A stretch of DNA of 56,759 bases from Bacteroidota bacterium (GTDB lineage Bacteria > Bacteroidota > Bacteroidia > Chitinophagales > Saprospiraceae). The notes beneath the pieces were generated by a model, which did no database searches, had not been told where the DNA came from, and saw only the letters and a program-made list of their open reading frames with translations. Location of the stretch: contig JBCDFE010000001.1 of assembly GCA_039178745.1 (NCBI GenBank), positions 1-56,759 of the forward strand, in the 5' to 3' direction. Both the position numbers and the translations under genes were made by a program. This document shows, piece after piece, positions 47,510-56,759 of this stretch (position 1 is its first letter; the number at the start of each line of letters is the position of its first letter).

Positions 47510-48394
47510 TTATGCAAAACTGCTTGCCACTATGAGCTCTTTCCCTCCATGGCTGTAATCATAGAACCCCTCGCCAGACTTTCTACCCATCTTACCGGCC
47601 CTGACCATATTGACGAGCAAGGGGCATGGCGCATGGTGGGGCCGACCAAAGCCGTCATTCAACACTTGAAGAATGGCCAGGCAGGTATCCAGGCCAATAA
47701 AATCTGCTAGTTGAAGTGGGCCCATAGGGTGGGCCATACCCAGTTTCATGACGGTATCTATCTCCTCTACACCAGCAACACCCTCCCAAAGAGTAGTGAT
47801 GGCTTCATTGATCATGGGCATCAAAATGCGGTTGGCTACAAAACCGGGATAGTCATTGACTTCTACAGGTGTTTTTCCGAGTTCCCGGCTTAGATCCATA
47901 ATCTGCTGGGTTGTTTCCTGGCTAGTGGCGTAGCCGCGAATGACTTCCACCAGTTTCATGATGGGAACCGGGTTCATAAAATGCATGCCGATAACTTGCT
48001 GAGGTCTTTTTGTGGCGGCTGCAATTTGGGTAATCGATATAGACGAAGTATTGGTTGCCAGGATACAATGCGCCGGGGCAGAGGCATCTAACTGTTCGAA
48101 AATTTTGAGCTTGAGGTCTAGACGTTCTGTGGCTGCCTCAACTACCAATTCAGCTTGCGCAACGCCTGTGGCCAGATCGGTTTCCAGCTGTAGCCGCTCC
48201 ATAGTAGCCTGCTTATCTGCTTCGGTCATTCGCTCTTTGCGGATCAATCGGTCCAGGCTACCGCTGATGGTCTGATGGGCGGCATCGAGTACATTTTGGT
48301 TGAGGTCGACCATAGTTACCTGATGGTCTTTTGTGGCAAATACCTGTGCGATGCCATTGCCCATTTGGCCGGCACCGATAACAGAAACTTTCAT
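47510..48394 (-). CDS. hbd: 3-hydroxybutyryl-CoA dehydrogenase
   Basis: IGAGQMGNGIA, VEAATE, ATNTSSISIT, GMHFMNP, PGFVANR, HPMGPL, GRKSGEGFY. Confidence 0.92.
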   Translation of the reverse strand: MKVSVIGAGQMGNGIAQVFATKDHQVTMVDLNQNVLDAAHQTISGSLDRLIRKERMTEADKQATMERLQLETDLATGVAQAELVVEAATERLDLKLKIFEQLDASAPAHCILATNTSSISITQIAAATKRPQQVIGMHFMNPVPIMKLVEVIRGYATSQETTQQIMDLSRELGKTPVEVNDYPGFVANRILMPMINEAITTLWEGVAGVEEIDTVMKLGMAHPMGPLQLADFIGLDTCLAILQVLNDGFGRPHHAPCPLLVNMVRAGKMGRKSGEGFYDYSHGGKELIVASSFA

Positions 48395-48438
48395 TTTATT
48401 TGGTTTTGGGCCACAAAGCTAAGACTTTGAATACGGTT

Positions 48439-49293
48439 TTATGCTGCTGCTTTTGCCTTAATGACTGCCGCAGCCTCTCCAAAGTAATTATCGATGAGGT
48501 AGTGAGCTAAGTAGATCACTGGGGTTAGGCCTATGGCCATGACAAACTTGAAAGTATATTGAGTCAGGCCAACTGCTGCCAACTGCGCCCAGGACCAGGG
48601 ATCAGCTCCTCCACTGACCAAGCTGGGGCCGAGTTTGAAAGCAACAAATAATACGACAAAGCTATCCACTAATTGACTCACCAGAGTAGAGCCAGTTGCC
48701 CTTAACCAAAGCGCTTTTTCGCCTGTGCTTTTTTTGATGCGGTGAAAGGTCAAAACATCTACGATCTGGGCAATTAAAAAAGCCGTAATCGACCCCACAA
48801 TGATGAACAAGCCCTGTCCGTATGTGTACTGGAAGGCCAGCTGCATATCGGGTACGCCTTTTTCTGCATTTTGACTAACCCACCAATCGGCAGGACTCAG
48901 CCCAATGGCACCATAGATCATAAAAAAGGCGTAGATGATCAGTCCAACCGTTAGATAGGAAAGAAATCGAATGCCTCTTCTGCCATAGTACTCGTTGAGC
49001 AGATCGGTCATGATGAACACAATGGGCCAAAGCAGCACTCCCGCACTCGACTGCAGTGCCCCTGGCTGACCGAAGAGTTGGAAGTTAAGTGGTTCTAATC
49101 CAAAGGTGGTTTCCCAGGCGAATATCTTTACGCCTATCAATTCGGCGATCAGTGCATTAGCCACAAAGAATCCGCCAAGGATAATGAATAGCCGACTCGA
49201 TTTTTGCTTAATAATTTCCGGTCCTAGTGGGACCTGCTCCATCTCGGAGCTTGCTGATATGGTGGACTTAAGCCCGTCTACTTGCGCTGCCAT
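48439..49293 (-). CDS. queuosine precursor transporter (VUT/YhhQ family)
   Basis: FIMTDLLNEYYG, GSITAFLIAQIVDV, LWLRATGSTLVSQLVDS. Confidence 0.88.
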   Translation of the reverse strand: MAAQVDGLKSTISASSEMEQVPLGPEIIKQKSSRLFIILGGFFVANALIAELIGVKIFAWETTFGLEPLNFQLFGQPGALQSSAGVLLWPIVFIMTDLLNEYYGRRGIRFLSYLTVGLIIYAFFMIYGAIGLSPADWWVSQNAEKGVPDMQLAFQYTYGQGLFIIVGSITAFLIAQIVDVLTFHRIKKSTGEKALWLRATGSTLVSQLVDSFVVLFVAFKLGPSLVSGGADPWSWAQLAAVGLTQYTFKFVMAIGLTPVIYLAHYLIDNYFGEAAAVIKAKAAA

Positions 49294-49421
49294 AGTAGTT
49301 GGAATGAGCAGTTCGGGGAAAAAGTTGCCTATCTACTGCTCAAAGAAGTCTGCTTAGTGGCCTGACTAACAAATAGCTTATCAAACTCGTCTATACCTTT
49401 GCAAAAGCACCATACTACACC

Positions 49422-50297
49422 ATGTACATTCAAGAACTATGCTTCTCGGTTTTACTATTTCTGCTGAGCACAATCTTTTATACCGTGGATGCCCAATCAC
49501 TAGGCCTTTCCATCGCACCGGGTGTAAGGCTTAATGATACTACTCAGCTGCACGTACTCACCACCAAAAACTACGATAAGCTAGTCGGTTACGCCATAGA
49601 TGTAGATGGGCAAGATCTGGTCTTTCGTCCCAGGTTTGCTGATAGACCTAGTCGTTTTCTATTGTCTGAGCTCCGATCTTTGCGGGTACTACGGGCGGGT
49701 CTGGCGGGTAATGATCTCACAGACGGTACGTATTTGCAAACGGCTCTACCCGGAGCCGACCGCGGCGGGCGGTTCAGAAACGTATCCGTGCTCGGTAATT
49801 TGGCCGAGTTTGATTTGAATAAAAATCTGCGCTTGGGAGCTGGTTTGTTGCTGCCTATCGGTTTGGTCTTTTCCCAGCGCGTACGGGTGAGTTTGAGTTC
49901 GAAAATTCATGTGGGGCTGAGCAATCAGATGGTGATGTCTTTACAGCGATTTAATTATGGCAATCTGGATGGCGATCTGGCAGGGTTACTTACTCTTGGC
50001 GATAATCGTTTATTCATGAGTATGGGTTACCACTTTTTTTATTCTACCGATGCTTTTAGTCAGGATAGCCGTGGAGTGAGCCTGATGGCCGGTGGCCAAA
50101 TCAGCGATCAATGGCATTTGTATAGCGAGTGGGTCTTTGCTGAGAACCGGGGCTTCAGAGACTCCGGTCTGTTGCCGAGTTTCAGCGCCAGTTGTCAGTT
50201 GCAGAGATGGCGCATTCGGTTCGGTTTCTTCTGGGGCACCGGAGATGTGAGTACAGAGTCGCCGCTGCCGTTAGTAGGTGTTGACCATAGGTGGTAG
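49422..50297 (+). CDS. hypothetical outer-membrane protein
   Basis: Signal peptide, amphipathic beta strands, C-terminal Trp; TACCTTTG promoter upstream. Confidence 0.7.
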   Translation: MYIQELCFSVLLFLLSTIFYTVDAQSLGLSIAPGVRLNDTTQLHVLTTKNYDKLVGYAIDVDGQDLVFRPRFADRPSRFLLSELRSLRVLRAGLAGNDLTDGTYLQTALPGADRGGRFRNVSVLGNLAEFDLNKNLRLGAGLLLPIGLVFSQRVRVSLSSKIHVGLSNQMVMSLQRFNYGNLDGDLAGLLTLGDNRLFMSMGYHFFYSTDAFSQDSRGVSLMAGGQISDQWHLYSEWVFAENRGFRDSGLLPSFSASCQLQRWRIRFGFFWGTGDVSTESPLPLVGVDHRW

Positions 50298-50355
50298 ATA
50301 TCTAATCGAATAACTCTTAGATCGGTAGTTATTTTTTGTTCTTGTACATATAAAA

Positions 50356-50444
50356 TTCCGTCCACGATCCGCTTCTGTCAGCGTATTCCGCGTACTTATT
50401 TTTTGTATGCTGACTAGGCGGAATCAAACCGGACTTGAGCGGAA
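50356..50444 (+). ncRNA. structured ncRNA candidate, Flavo-1-like
   Basis: Nested stems TTCCG/CGGAA, GTCC/GGAC, TCCGC/GCGGA and GTCAGCGTA/TATGCTGAC; the TTCCGTCCACGAT...AAACCGGACT..GCGGAA termini recall the Flavo-1 motif (from memory, not searched). Confidence 0.55.
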
Positions 50445-50468
50445 GCACCAGAGGCTTTGATCTGCATA

Positions 50469-51170
50469 TTAAGTACCTGCCTTTTGAGATAGGGTATTGT
50501 AGGCGGTAATCCCGGCGAAGTATGCCACCGATAGCCAGGCCACCACTTGTCCGGCTACAGACTGCTCGGGATAGACGTACACATTGACAAGAGCAGAACC
50601 GAGAAATAGTACCGTAACTACCAGCGTAAGTCTAAAAAAACGTCCCCCTCTGCTGGGATAAGGTACGAGTATGGGTACAAAATGGAGGACAGCAAACGCT
50701 ATAGTTGCTATGAAAAAGATGATCGGTTGCGCGTCTGGCATCAGGAAAATGTAGATGTAGAGCACCATGTTCCACATGACAGGGAAGCCGATGAAGTGAT
50801 GCCCATCTTCGCTGACCATTTCGTCTATGCCGTAGTAAACGGCCGAGCTCATGAGAATCGCGATCAAGCCTACCAATTGCAGAATGCCATCTAGGGGAAT
50901 GGCGACGTAGAATAGATAGGCGGGCAGGATGGCGTAGGTGAAAAAATCGATGACGTAGTCTATGGTTTTGCCACTGACACCAGGCAGGATCTCTTGCACG
51001 CGGGCCATGCGTGCAAAGGTGCCGTCTACACCGTCGATGATGAGAGCAATGAGCATCCAAAACATGGCCATGCGATAGTCGCTCTCTATGGCTGCCAAAA
51101 GGCCGAAGAAGCCAGCGACCAGGCCTGAAGCAGTGAAGAGGTGTACCGCCCATGCGGCAATCTTTTCCAT
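50469..51170 (-). CDS. pcs: phosphatidylcholine synthase (CDP-alcohol phosphatidyltransferase)
   Basis: AWAVHLFTASG, DGVDGTFAR..V...LPGVSGKTIDYVIDFFTY, FIGFPVMWN, characteristic of the Pcs subfamily. Confidence 0.82.
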   Translation of the reverse strand: MEKIAAWAVHLFTASGLVAGFFGLLAAIESDYRMAMFWMLIALIIDGVDGTFARMARVQEILPGVSGKTIDYVIDFFTYAILPAYLFYVAIPLDGILQLVGLIAILMSSAVYYGIDEMVSEDGHHFIGFPVMWNMVLYIYIFLMPDAQPIIFFIATIAFAVLHFVPILVPYPSRGGRFFRLTLVVTVLFLGSALVNVYVYPEQSVAGQVVAWLSVAYFAGITAYNTLSQKAGT

Positions 51171-51178
51171 TTAAAATT

Positions 51179-51235
51179 TATTTTGTGCGCCTAACTGAAT
51201 AGAACTACGACTCATTTTGGTAAGCGCACAAAATA
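51179..51235. repeat. perfect 12-bp inverted repeat in the pcs / symporter divergent promoter region
   Basis: TATTTTGTGCGC (51179-51190) and GCGCACAAAATA (51224-51235), 33-nt spacer. Confidence 0.85.
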
Positions 51236-51250
51236 CACCAACCGCAGACA

Positions 51251-52813
51251 GTGACTAAATCCTACCGTCCACTTCTCCTCCTACTCGCCCTGCTAGGACT
51301 CACGGCCCTAGCCCTGCTGATCTGGCAGCCCGATCAGGTCGACTGGCCCGCTTTCGGTGCCATGTCGGTCTTTTATGCGCTCATCTATGTGGTGGGCGTA
51401 CGGGCAGCCGAAAGGCGAAAGGAGAGTGATCAGGAGGCCGAAGGCCTCATGCTGGCTGGGCGCAGTCTGCCGCTGGTGCTGGCTATTTTTACGATGAGCG
51501 CTACCTGGGTAGGTGGCGGATTCGTTAATGGTACGGCCGAGTCTGTAGCTTCTAGTGGCCTGGTCTGGGTGCAAGCGCCATGGGGATATGCCCTGAGCTT
51601 GGTGGTCGGTGGTTTGTTTTTTGCGCGCATCATGCGCAGACGCCAATATACGACCATGCTCGACCCCCTGGCCGAGCGATACGGTAAGCGCATGACGGCC
51701 CTTTTGTTTCTACCCGCCCTGACCGGAGAGCTTTTCTGGACAGCGGCTATACTAACGGCTCTGGGCGCCACCTTCGGGACCGTCTTGGGCATAGAGCTGC
51801 ATCTGGCCATAGGCTTATCGGCTGTGATCGCTTTGGCCTATACGGCCCTTGGCGGATTGTGGGCCGTGGCTATGACCGATGTCATTCAGCTGAGTATACT
51901 GCTGGTCGGTTTGGCGCTAGTGGCCTGGTTTGCACTCGATCTGACTGGCGGCTGGGCAGCTACATGGGCAGCCTATCAAGATAAATTCGGGACTTCAGCC
52001 AGTCTGTTGCCGAGCCGCGAAGCCCTCGGCGCAGATTATTGGACGTGGTGGGACTATGCCTTGTTGCTCGTATTTGGGGGCATACCCTGGCAGGTCTATT
52101 TTCAGCGGGTTCTGGCTAGCAAAGACGAGCGTACGGCTATGCGACTGAGTCTGATCGCGGGTCTGGTTTGTGTGATTGCTGCCGTAGCACCCGCTCTGAT
52201 CGGCATGGTGGCCAGCGTCGTAGATTGGTCGACTTTGGGCACGGAGGCTCCGGCCGAAGCAGCAGCGACTCTGCCCTGGGTGGTCAGATATGGCACTCCG
52301 GGTTTTTTGGCCGTGGTCGGTTTAGGAGCTGTAGCGGCGGCGGTTATGTCATCGGTCGACTCTTCGGTGCTCTCGGCTAGTAGCATGGGCATCTGGAATG
52401 TTTACCGGCCGCTGGTCAGACCCAATATGAGCAGTTCCGAATTGAGCCGACTCATTCAGCGGTGCATCTGGATTGTGGGTGTAGCGGCCACCCTCATCGC
52501 CTTTCAAGTGCAGAGCGTATACGAGTTGTGGTTCCTCTGTTCTGACTTTGTGTATTGCCTACTGTTTCCCGCTTTAGTTATGGCTTTATTCGACTCGAAG
52601 GCCAATGCCAAGGGAGCGCTCATCGGCTTTTTGCTGGCAGCGATTTTGCGCTTTGGCGGCGGCGATGCTACGCTTGGCATTCCTGCCTTTTTGGATTATC
52701 CAGCCGGATTCCCCTTTCGAACCCTCGCCATGCTGAGTGGTTTAGTGGGTATTGCACTGGGTAGCCGACTGCTGCCAGCTAGAAAACCTGAGGTGGATGC
52801 CCAAGATTATTAA
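51251..52813 (+). CDS. sodium:solute symporter, high-affinity choline transporter (CHT1/SLC5A7)-like
   Basis: FTMSATWVGGGFVNGTAE, WVQAPWGYALSL, YTTMLDP, GELFW, GGIPWQVYFQRVL, AAAVMSSVDSSVLS, LCSDFVY closely parallel CHT1 motifs. Confidence 0.85.
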   Translation: MTKSYRPLLLLLALLGLTALALLIWQPDQVDWPAFGAMSVFYALIYVVGVRAAERRKESDQEAEGLMLAGRSLPLVLAIFTMSATWVGGGFVNGTAESVASSGLVWVQAPWGYALSLVVGGLFFARIMRRRQYTTMLDPLAERYGKRMTALLFLPALTGELFWTAAILTALGATFGTVLGIELHLAIGLSAVIALAYTALGGLWAVAMTDVIQLSILLVGLALVAWFALDLTGGWAATWAAYQDKFGTSASLLPSREALGADYWTWWDYALLLVFGGIPWQVYFQRVLASKDERTAMRLSLIAGLVCVIAAVAPALIGMVASVVDWSTLGTEAPAEAAATLPWVVRYGTPGFLAVVGLGAVAAAVMSSVDSSVLSASSMGIWNVYRPLVRPNMSSSELSRLIQRCIWIVGVAATLIAFQVQSVYELWFLCSDFVYCLLFPALVMALFDSKANAKGALIGFLLAAILRFGGGDATLGIPAFLDYPAGFPFRTLAMLSGLVGIALGSRLLPARKPEVDAQDY

Positions 52814-53819
52814 GCCCGAAGATTACCTCCGCTGCGCGGGAGATCGCGTGCTGCTCGATGTGCGTTCGCCCGGCGAGTATGAGCAAGGGCATTTGTTTCA
52901 AGCCCAATCTCTTCCCCTCTTCGACGATGTAGAGCGAGCAGAGGTCGGCACCCTGTATAAGCAAGACAGCCCGGATGCCGCCCTCCTCAGAGGGCTCGAA
53001 ATTGCCGGAAGCAAAATGCGCCATTACGTAGAGCGCGCCCGGCAAATAACCCAAGGAAAACCGGTAACCGTTCATTGCTGGCGCGGCGGTCAGCGCAGTC
53101 AGAGCATGGGCTGGCTATTGGAGCGCGCCGGGATGGATGTACAGATATTGGAGGGTGGTTACAAGAACTTCCGCAGGTGGCAGCGTCGCTACTTAGCCGA
53201 GTCTACCCATACCTTTATCATTATTGGCGGACCTACCGGTGCCGGTAAAACCCGTTTGCTGGAGGCGCTGGCCGAGCAAGGCGAATCCGTCATAGATCTC
53301 GAAGGTCTGGCTCGACACCGAGGCTCTTCTTTTGGTGCCATCGGCCAGCCAGAAGCACAGCCTACTACCGAACAATTCGAAAACGAACTCTTCGCTCGAC
53401 TCTATGCCATACCCCCCGATCAAGGCGTATATCTCGAAGACGAAAGCCGAATGATCGGTACGGCCTGCATACCCGACGCCATTTTCGATCGCATGCAGTC
53501 GGCACCACTTATTGCGCTAGAGGTATCTACCGATCGTCGGTTGCAGCAGCTAGTCGAAGAGTACGGCCAGTTTCCCCAAGACCAGCTGGCAGATGCTTTC
53601 ACGCGCATCACGAAGCGGCTCGGCGGCCAGCATGTTAAGTCCGCTTTGGAATCTCTACAGGCAGGAGATCTATCGAAGGCGGCCGAAATTGCACTGGTCT
53701 ACTACGATAAGGCTTACGCCAGGTCTTCGCGCAAACCCGATCAGATATTGTCCGTAGCTGACCGGGAAGAGTGGGGGAGTGTGGCGGAGCGATTGAAACA
53801 GATGGTGGCTCAATTCTAG
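52797..53819 (+). CDS. selU: tRNA 2-selenouridine synthase
   Basis: Rhodanese DVRSPGEY..GH, HCWRGGQRS, LEGGYK; P-loop GPTGAGKT; DLEGLARHRGSSFG, EDESRMIG, YYDKAY; start ATG 52797. Confidence 0.93.
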   Translation: MPKIIKPEDYLRCAGDRVLLDVRSPGEYEQGHLFQAQSLPLFDDVERAEVGTLYKQDSPDAALLRGLEIAGSKMRHYVERARQITQGKPVTVHCWRGGQRSQSMGWLLERAGMDVQILEGGYKNFRRWQRRYLAESTHTFIIIGGPTGAGKTRLLEALAEQGESVIDLEGLARHRGSSFGAIGQPEAQPTTEQFENELFARLYAIPPDQGVYLEDESRMIGTACIPDAIFDRMQSAPLIALEVSTDRRLQQLVEEYGQFPQDQLADAFTRITKRLGGQHVKSALESLQAGDLSKAAEIALVYYDKAYARSSRKPDQILSVADREEWGSVAERLKQMVAQF

Positions 53820-55279
53820 TACCCCGGATTCTGTACCAATGCCCCTTGGCTCAGATCGATCTCTCCCTGAGGGATGGGGAACAGCTCGTGCTTGCCTGCG
53901 ACGAAGTTCGGGCTGATGGCGCTCATCACTTCTGCTGCTCGCCCCTGCCTGACCAGATCAAACCACCGCTGCTGCTCCATGACCAATTCGACCCTGCGCT
54001 CGCGCCAGATGGCCTCGCGGAGTGCCGACTGGTTGGTTGTGGTGACATCTGGGAGCACATTGCTGCTTCCGCGGGCTCTTTCCCGTACGCGATTGAGATG
54101 CATAAGAGCGGTTCCTGGGTCGTTGGTCTCATTGGCGGCTTCGGCTGCTATAAGGAGTATGTCGGCATATCTCAGTACGCGTATGTTGCCGGGGCCATTC
54201 CCATTGCCACCGGGGTGGTCGGGTACCCAGGCTTTCTGGTTGAAGCGCTCGCCGACGATATTCGGGTTGTCTTGAACGATATCAGAACCGTCGGGCAATA
54301 CCTCTCCAACATAGAGTATGGTGGCTTCTCTTCGGGGATCACCCGACTCGTAGGCGGCAATCAGGTCGTCGCTGGGCCGATTGAAACCCCAGCCTAGGTT
54401 GGGTTGGCCCCTGACGCCTTGCACTTCATTATATTGAGACCCACCACCACCGGTTTCAAAGGCTGCAGTTTGCACCTCGAACACGCTTTCTTCCGAGTTC
54501 TCATTTTGCTCGCGGAACAAGTTGGCGTAATTGGGAAAGAGATCGTATTCCATGCTGGTGATTACCTCGTTGGCCGCATCCAGCGCTTGGCCAAACTCGC
54601 CTCTGGTCAGATATACCTTAGCCAGAATTCCGTTGGCTGCACCCCTGGTCGCTCTTCCCAGATCGATAGCTGCATATTCTGAAGCTTCGGGCAGTACAGC
54701 AGCTGCGTCCATAAGGTCTGAGATAATCAGCTGATAGACCTCTTCGGCAGGTGATCTGGCAATAGAAAACTCGCTGGGAAAGGGTTCGGTAATCAGTGGA
54801 ATATCGCCAAACCATCGAACCAGACTGAAATAGAAATAGGCGCGCAGAAATTTGGATTCCGCAATGAGACGATCGCGTAATTGCTCTTCCAACTCAGGTA
54901 CTTCTGGAAGATTCTCGATGGCGAGGTTGGCTCGGAAAATACCATCGTAATAGCCAGACCATACGCTGGCTGGCGCGACATTCGTAGCTGTGTGGGTGAA
55001 TTCGTCAATAGTTCCCAAAATAGAGAAAGCATCGCCTGGTGTGCTTCCTTTGTCGGCATCATCACTCACGATGTCGGTCATGCCAATAAAACTGAAGACG
55101 TGCACCTGCCATTCGCGCAACTGGTTGTAAATCGCATTGACAGACTGTACGGCCTGCTCTTCGGTTTGAAAGAAATTGTCTAAGGTAAACTCACCCTGAG
55201 GGGTTCTGTCGAGTACATCGGTACAAGATTGTGTGAGACCCAATGCGAGTAAGGCGAATAGTATGCTCTTGACTTTCAT
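53816..55279 (-). CDS. RagB/SusD family nutrient-binding lipoprotein
   Basis: TQSC lipobox, ESKFLRAYFYFSLVRWFGDIP, GRAT, LRYADILL, ERRVELVME..RWFDLVR, QNPGY. Confidence 0.95.
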   Translation of the reverse strand: MKVKSILFALLALGLTQSCTDVLDRTPQGEFTLDNFFQTEEQAVQSVNAIYNQLREWQVHVFSFIGMTDIVSDDADKGSTPGDAFSILGTIDEFTHTATNVAPASVWSGYYDGIFRANLAIENLPEVPELEEQLRDRLIAESKFLRAYFYFSLVRWFGDIPLITEPFPSEFSIARSPAEEVYQLIISDLMDAAAVLPEASEYAAIDLGRATRGAANGILAKVYLTRGEFGQALDAANEVITSMEYDLFPNYANLFREQNENSEESVFEVQTAAFETGGGGSQYNEVQGVRGQPNLGWGFNRPSDDLIAAYESGDPRREATILYVGEVLPDGSDIVQDNPNIVGERFNQKAWVPDHPGGNGNGPGNIRVLRYADILLIAAEAANETNDPGTALMHLNRVRERARGSSNVLPDVTTTNQSALREAIWRERRVELVMEQQRWFDLVRQGRAAEVMSAISPNFVAGKHELFPIPQGEIDLSQGALVQNPGY

Positions 55280-55310
55280 GGCTTGGTATTTTTGATGCGT
55301 TTACTAATGA

Positions 55311-56759
55311 TTAAAATTTGAGATCTACGCCTACATTGACGGTTCGGGCAATGGGGTAGATCGTACCTCTATCTATGCCGTTGTTGAAGACGGACCCATT
55401 GAATATTTCGGGATTATAGCCGCTGTATTCCTGGTCTGTCCATAGATTGGTACCGTTTACATAGAACCTGACCTCGCGCAAGCGAAGGCGTTCTGTCAAT
55501 CGGCCGGGAAGGGTGTAGCCAATTTGAATGTTGCGCAATCTAATGTACGAACCATCTTCTACGAATCTCGAAGACAGGGTCTCGAAGTTCTGTCCGGCAA
55601 GCGTCATTCTGGGTACTGTGTTGCTAGTGCCCTCTCCTGTCCAGCGGTCCAAGAAATCGGTCTCGTAGTTGTAGGCACCGAAACGGGCCATTTTCTTGGC
55701 ATTGATGACTTCGTTCCCGAATTGGCCTACAAAATCGAAACTGAAATCAAAGCCACCATAGGCGAAGTAAGCGTTGATACCAACAATTAAGTCCGGGATG
55801 GCCGATCCGAGTACAACCCGATCGCCATCGGCGGTAATTATGCCATCACCATTTTGATCGCGGAACCGCAAATCACCTGGTTGCTGTACACCTAGCTGGG
55901 CGAAGCGCTCCAGTTCATCTTCGTTTTGGAAGACGCCGTCGAGTTCGTAGCCAAAGAAGGCTCCGATGGGAAAGCCTGCCCGGGAGTTGGTGCCCAGCTG
56001 TCCGCCGACACCAAGACCACCGGCAAATAGATCGCTGTCGAGATCGTCAACCTTCAGCACTTCGTTGTCGATGAAGCTGGCGTTGCCACCTATGCTGTAG
56101 GTGAACCCACTTCTGCTGGTCTGTCTCCACTCGATTTTCAGATCAATACCTTCATTGAGCACTTCCGAGATGTTGCGGGTGGGTGCACTGGCTCCGAGAT
56201 AATCGGGTATAGCCGCTGCAAATAGTACGCCATCGGTTACCCTTCGATAGGCATCGGCCTCTAATAGCAACTTATTGTCGAAAAATCCCAACTCAATACC
56301 TAGGTCGAACTGGGTCGTTTCTTCCCATCGAATGCCTGGATTGGCCAGACTTGTTAGCGTAGATCCTTGCAAAAGATCTTCATTGGGCCCGAATACGGCA
56401 CCGAGTCCGCTGGTGACCAAAGCGGTATAGGTGTAATCTCCGATCCGATCATTGCCCGTCTGGCCCCAGCTACCTCTGAGCTTGAACCGACTGACCATAC
56501 CATCGGGGTTCCAGAAACCTTCATTGCTGATATTCCAGCCCAAACCAACAGAGGGAAAGAAGCCGTATCGGTTGTTTTCACCGAATCGGGAAGAGCCATC
56601 GATTCTTCCGGAAAGAGTCAGCAAGAATCGATTGTCGAAGGTGTAGTTCACGCGGCCCAGGTAGGAGACCAGCCCCCAGTCGCCGCCAGATACACCGCCA
56701 GAGGCCAAACTCGTCAGTGGTTCGCCTGCATTGAGGTAAAAGAAACTAGGGTCCTCACC
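55311..56759 (-). CDS. SusC/RagA TonB-dependent transporter, C-terminal part (gene starts beyond the window)
   Basis: DGSSRFG..NRYGFFPSVG, KLRGSWG.TGN, WEET, PGDLRFRDQNGDG, EDGSYIRLRN, terminal Phe. Confidence 0.95.
   Translation of the reverse strand, partial: GEDPSFFYLNAGEPLTSLASGGVSGGDWGLVSYLGRVNYTFDNRFLLTLSGRIDGSSRFGENNRYGFFPSVGLGWNISNEGFWNPDGMVSRFKLRGSWGQTGNDRIGDYTYTALVTSGLGAVFGPNEDLLQGSTLTSLANPGIRWEETTQFDLGIELGFFDNKLLLEADAYRRVTDGVLFAAAIPDYLGASAPTRNISEVLNEGIDLKIEWRQTSRSGFTYSIGGNASFIDNEVLKVDDLDSDLFAGGLGVGGQLGTNSRAGFPIGAFFGYELDGVFQNEDELERFAQLGVQQPGDLRFRDQNGDGIITADGDRVVLGSAIPDLIVGINAYFAYGGFDFSFDFVGQFGNEVINAKKMARFGAYNYETDFLDRWTGEGTSNTVPRMTLAGQNFETLSSRFVEDGSYIRLRNIQIGYTLPGRLTERLRLREVRFYVNGTNLWTDQEYSGYNPEIFNGSVFNNGIDRGTIYPIARTVNVGVDLKF

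Noticed and set aside
49294-49345. preQ1 riboswitch upstream of the queuosine precursor transporter
   Set aside because: Only an 8-bp inverted repeat (TGAGCAGT/ACTGCTCA) is present; the preQ1 loop and A-rich tail consensus are not seen

Overview
Ordinary-density chromosomal window from a Bacteroidetes bacterium, probably Saprospiraceae/Lewinella-like. This assignment is inferred from four T9SS C-terminal-domain cargo proteins, a SusC/SusD pair and repeated TAnnTTTG -7 promoter boxes. About 55 genes are present, with no rRNA, tRNA, CRISPR array, transposase or prophage visible. Contents: fabI; a kynurenine-pathway cluster (kynU, kmo, aminotransferase, omega-amidase); a split FadF-like Fe-S pair; an unexplained glutamine-synthetase-like ligase / APH-type kinase / HAD-IIA phosphatase trio; a DUF1800-DUF1501-T9SS cargo operon; a putative zinc-starvation operon (MerC-like, COG0523, ABC ATPase, His-repeat permease, DUF3299) behind a TGCAAC-N3-GTTGCA palindrome; an M4 protease; murB; a LytS/LytTR pair with mirror-image 21-bp-spaced repeats facing a lipoprotein; a queuosine-precursor transporter; a structured Flavo-1-like ncRNA candidate; selU; and susC/susD. 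The best candidate for an undescribed system is a divergon pairing a phosphatidylcholine synthase with an animal CHT1(SLC5A7)-like sodium/choline symporter across a 12-bp inverted repeat. I also found three 42-43 aa membrane microproteins missing from the ORF track, two gene remnants, and several apparently leaderless genes. All functional calls come from motif recognition by eye; no database searches were run.
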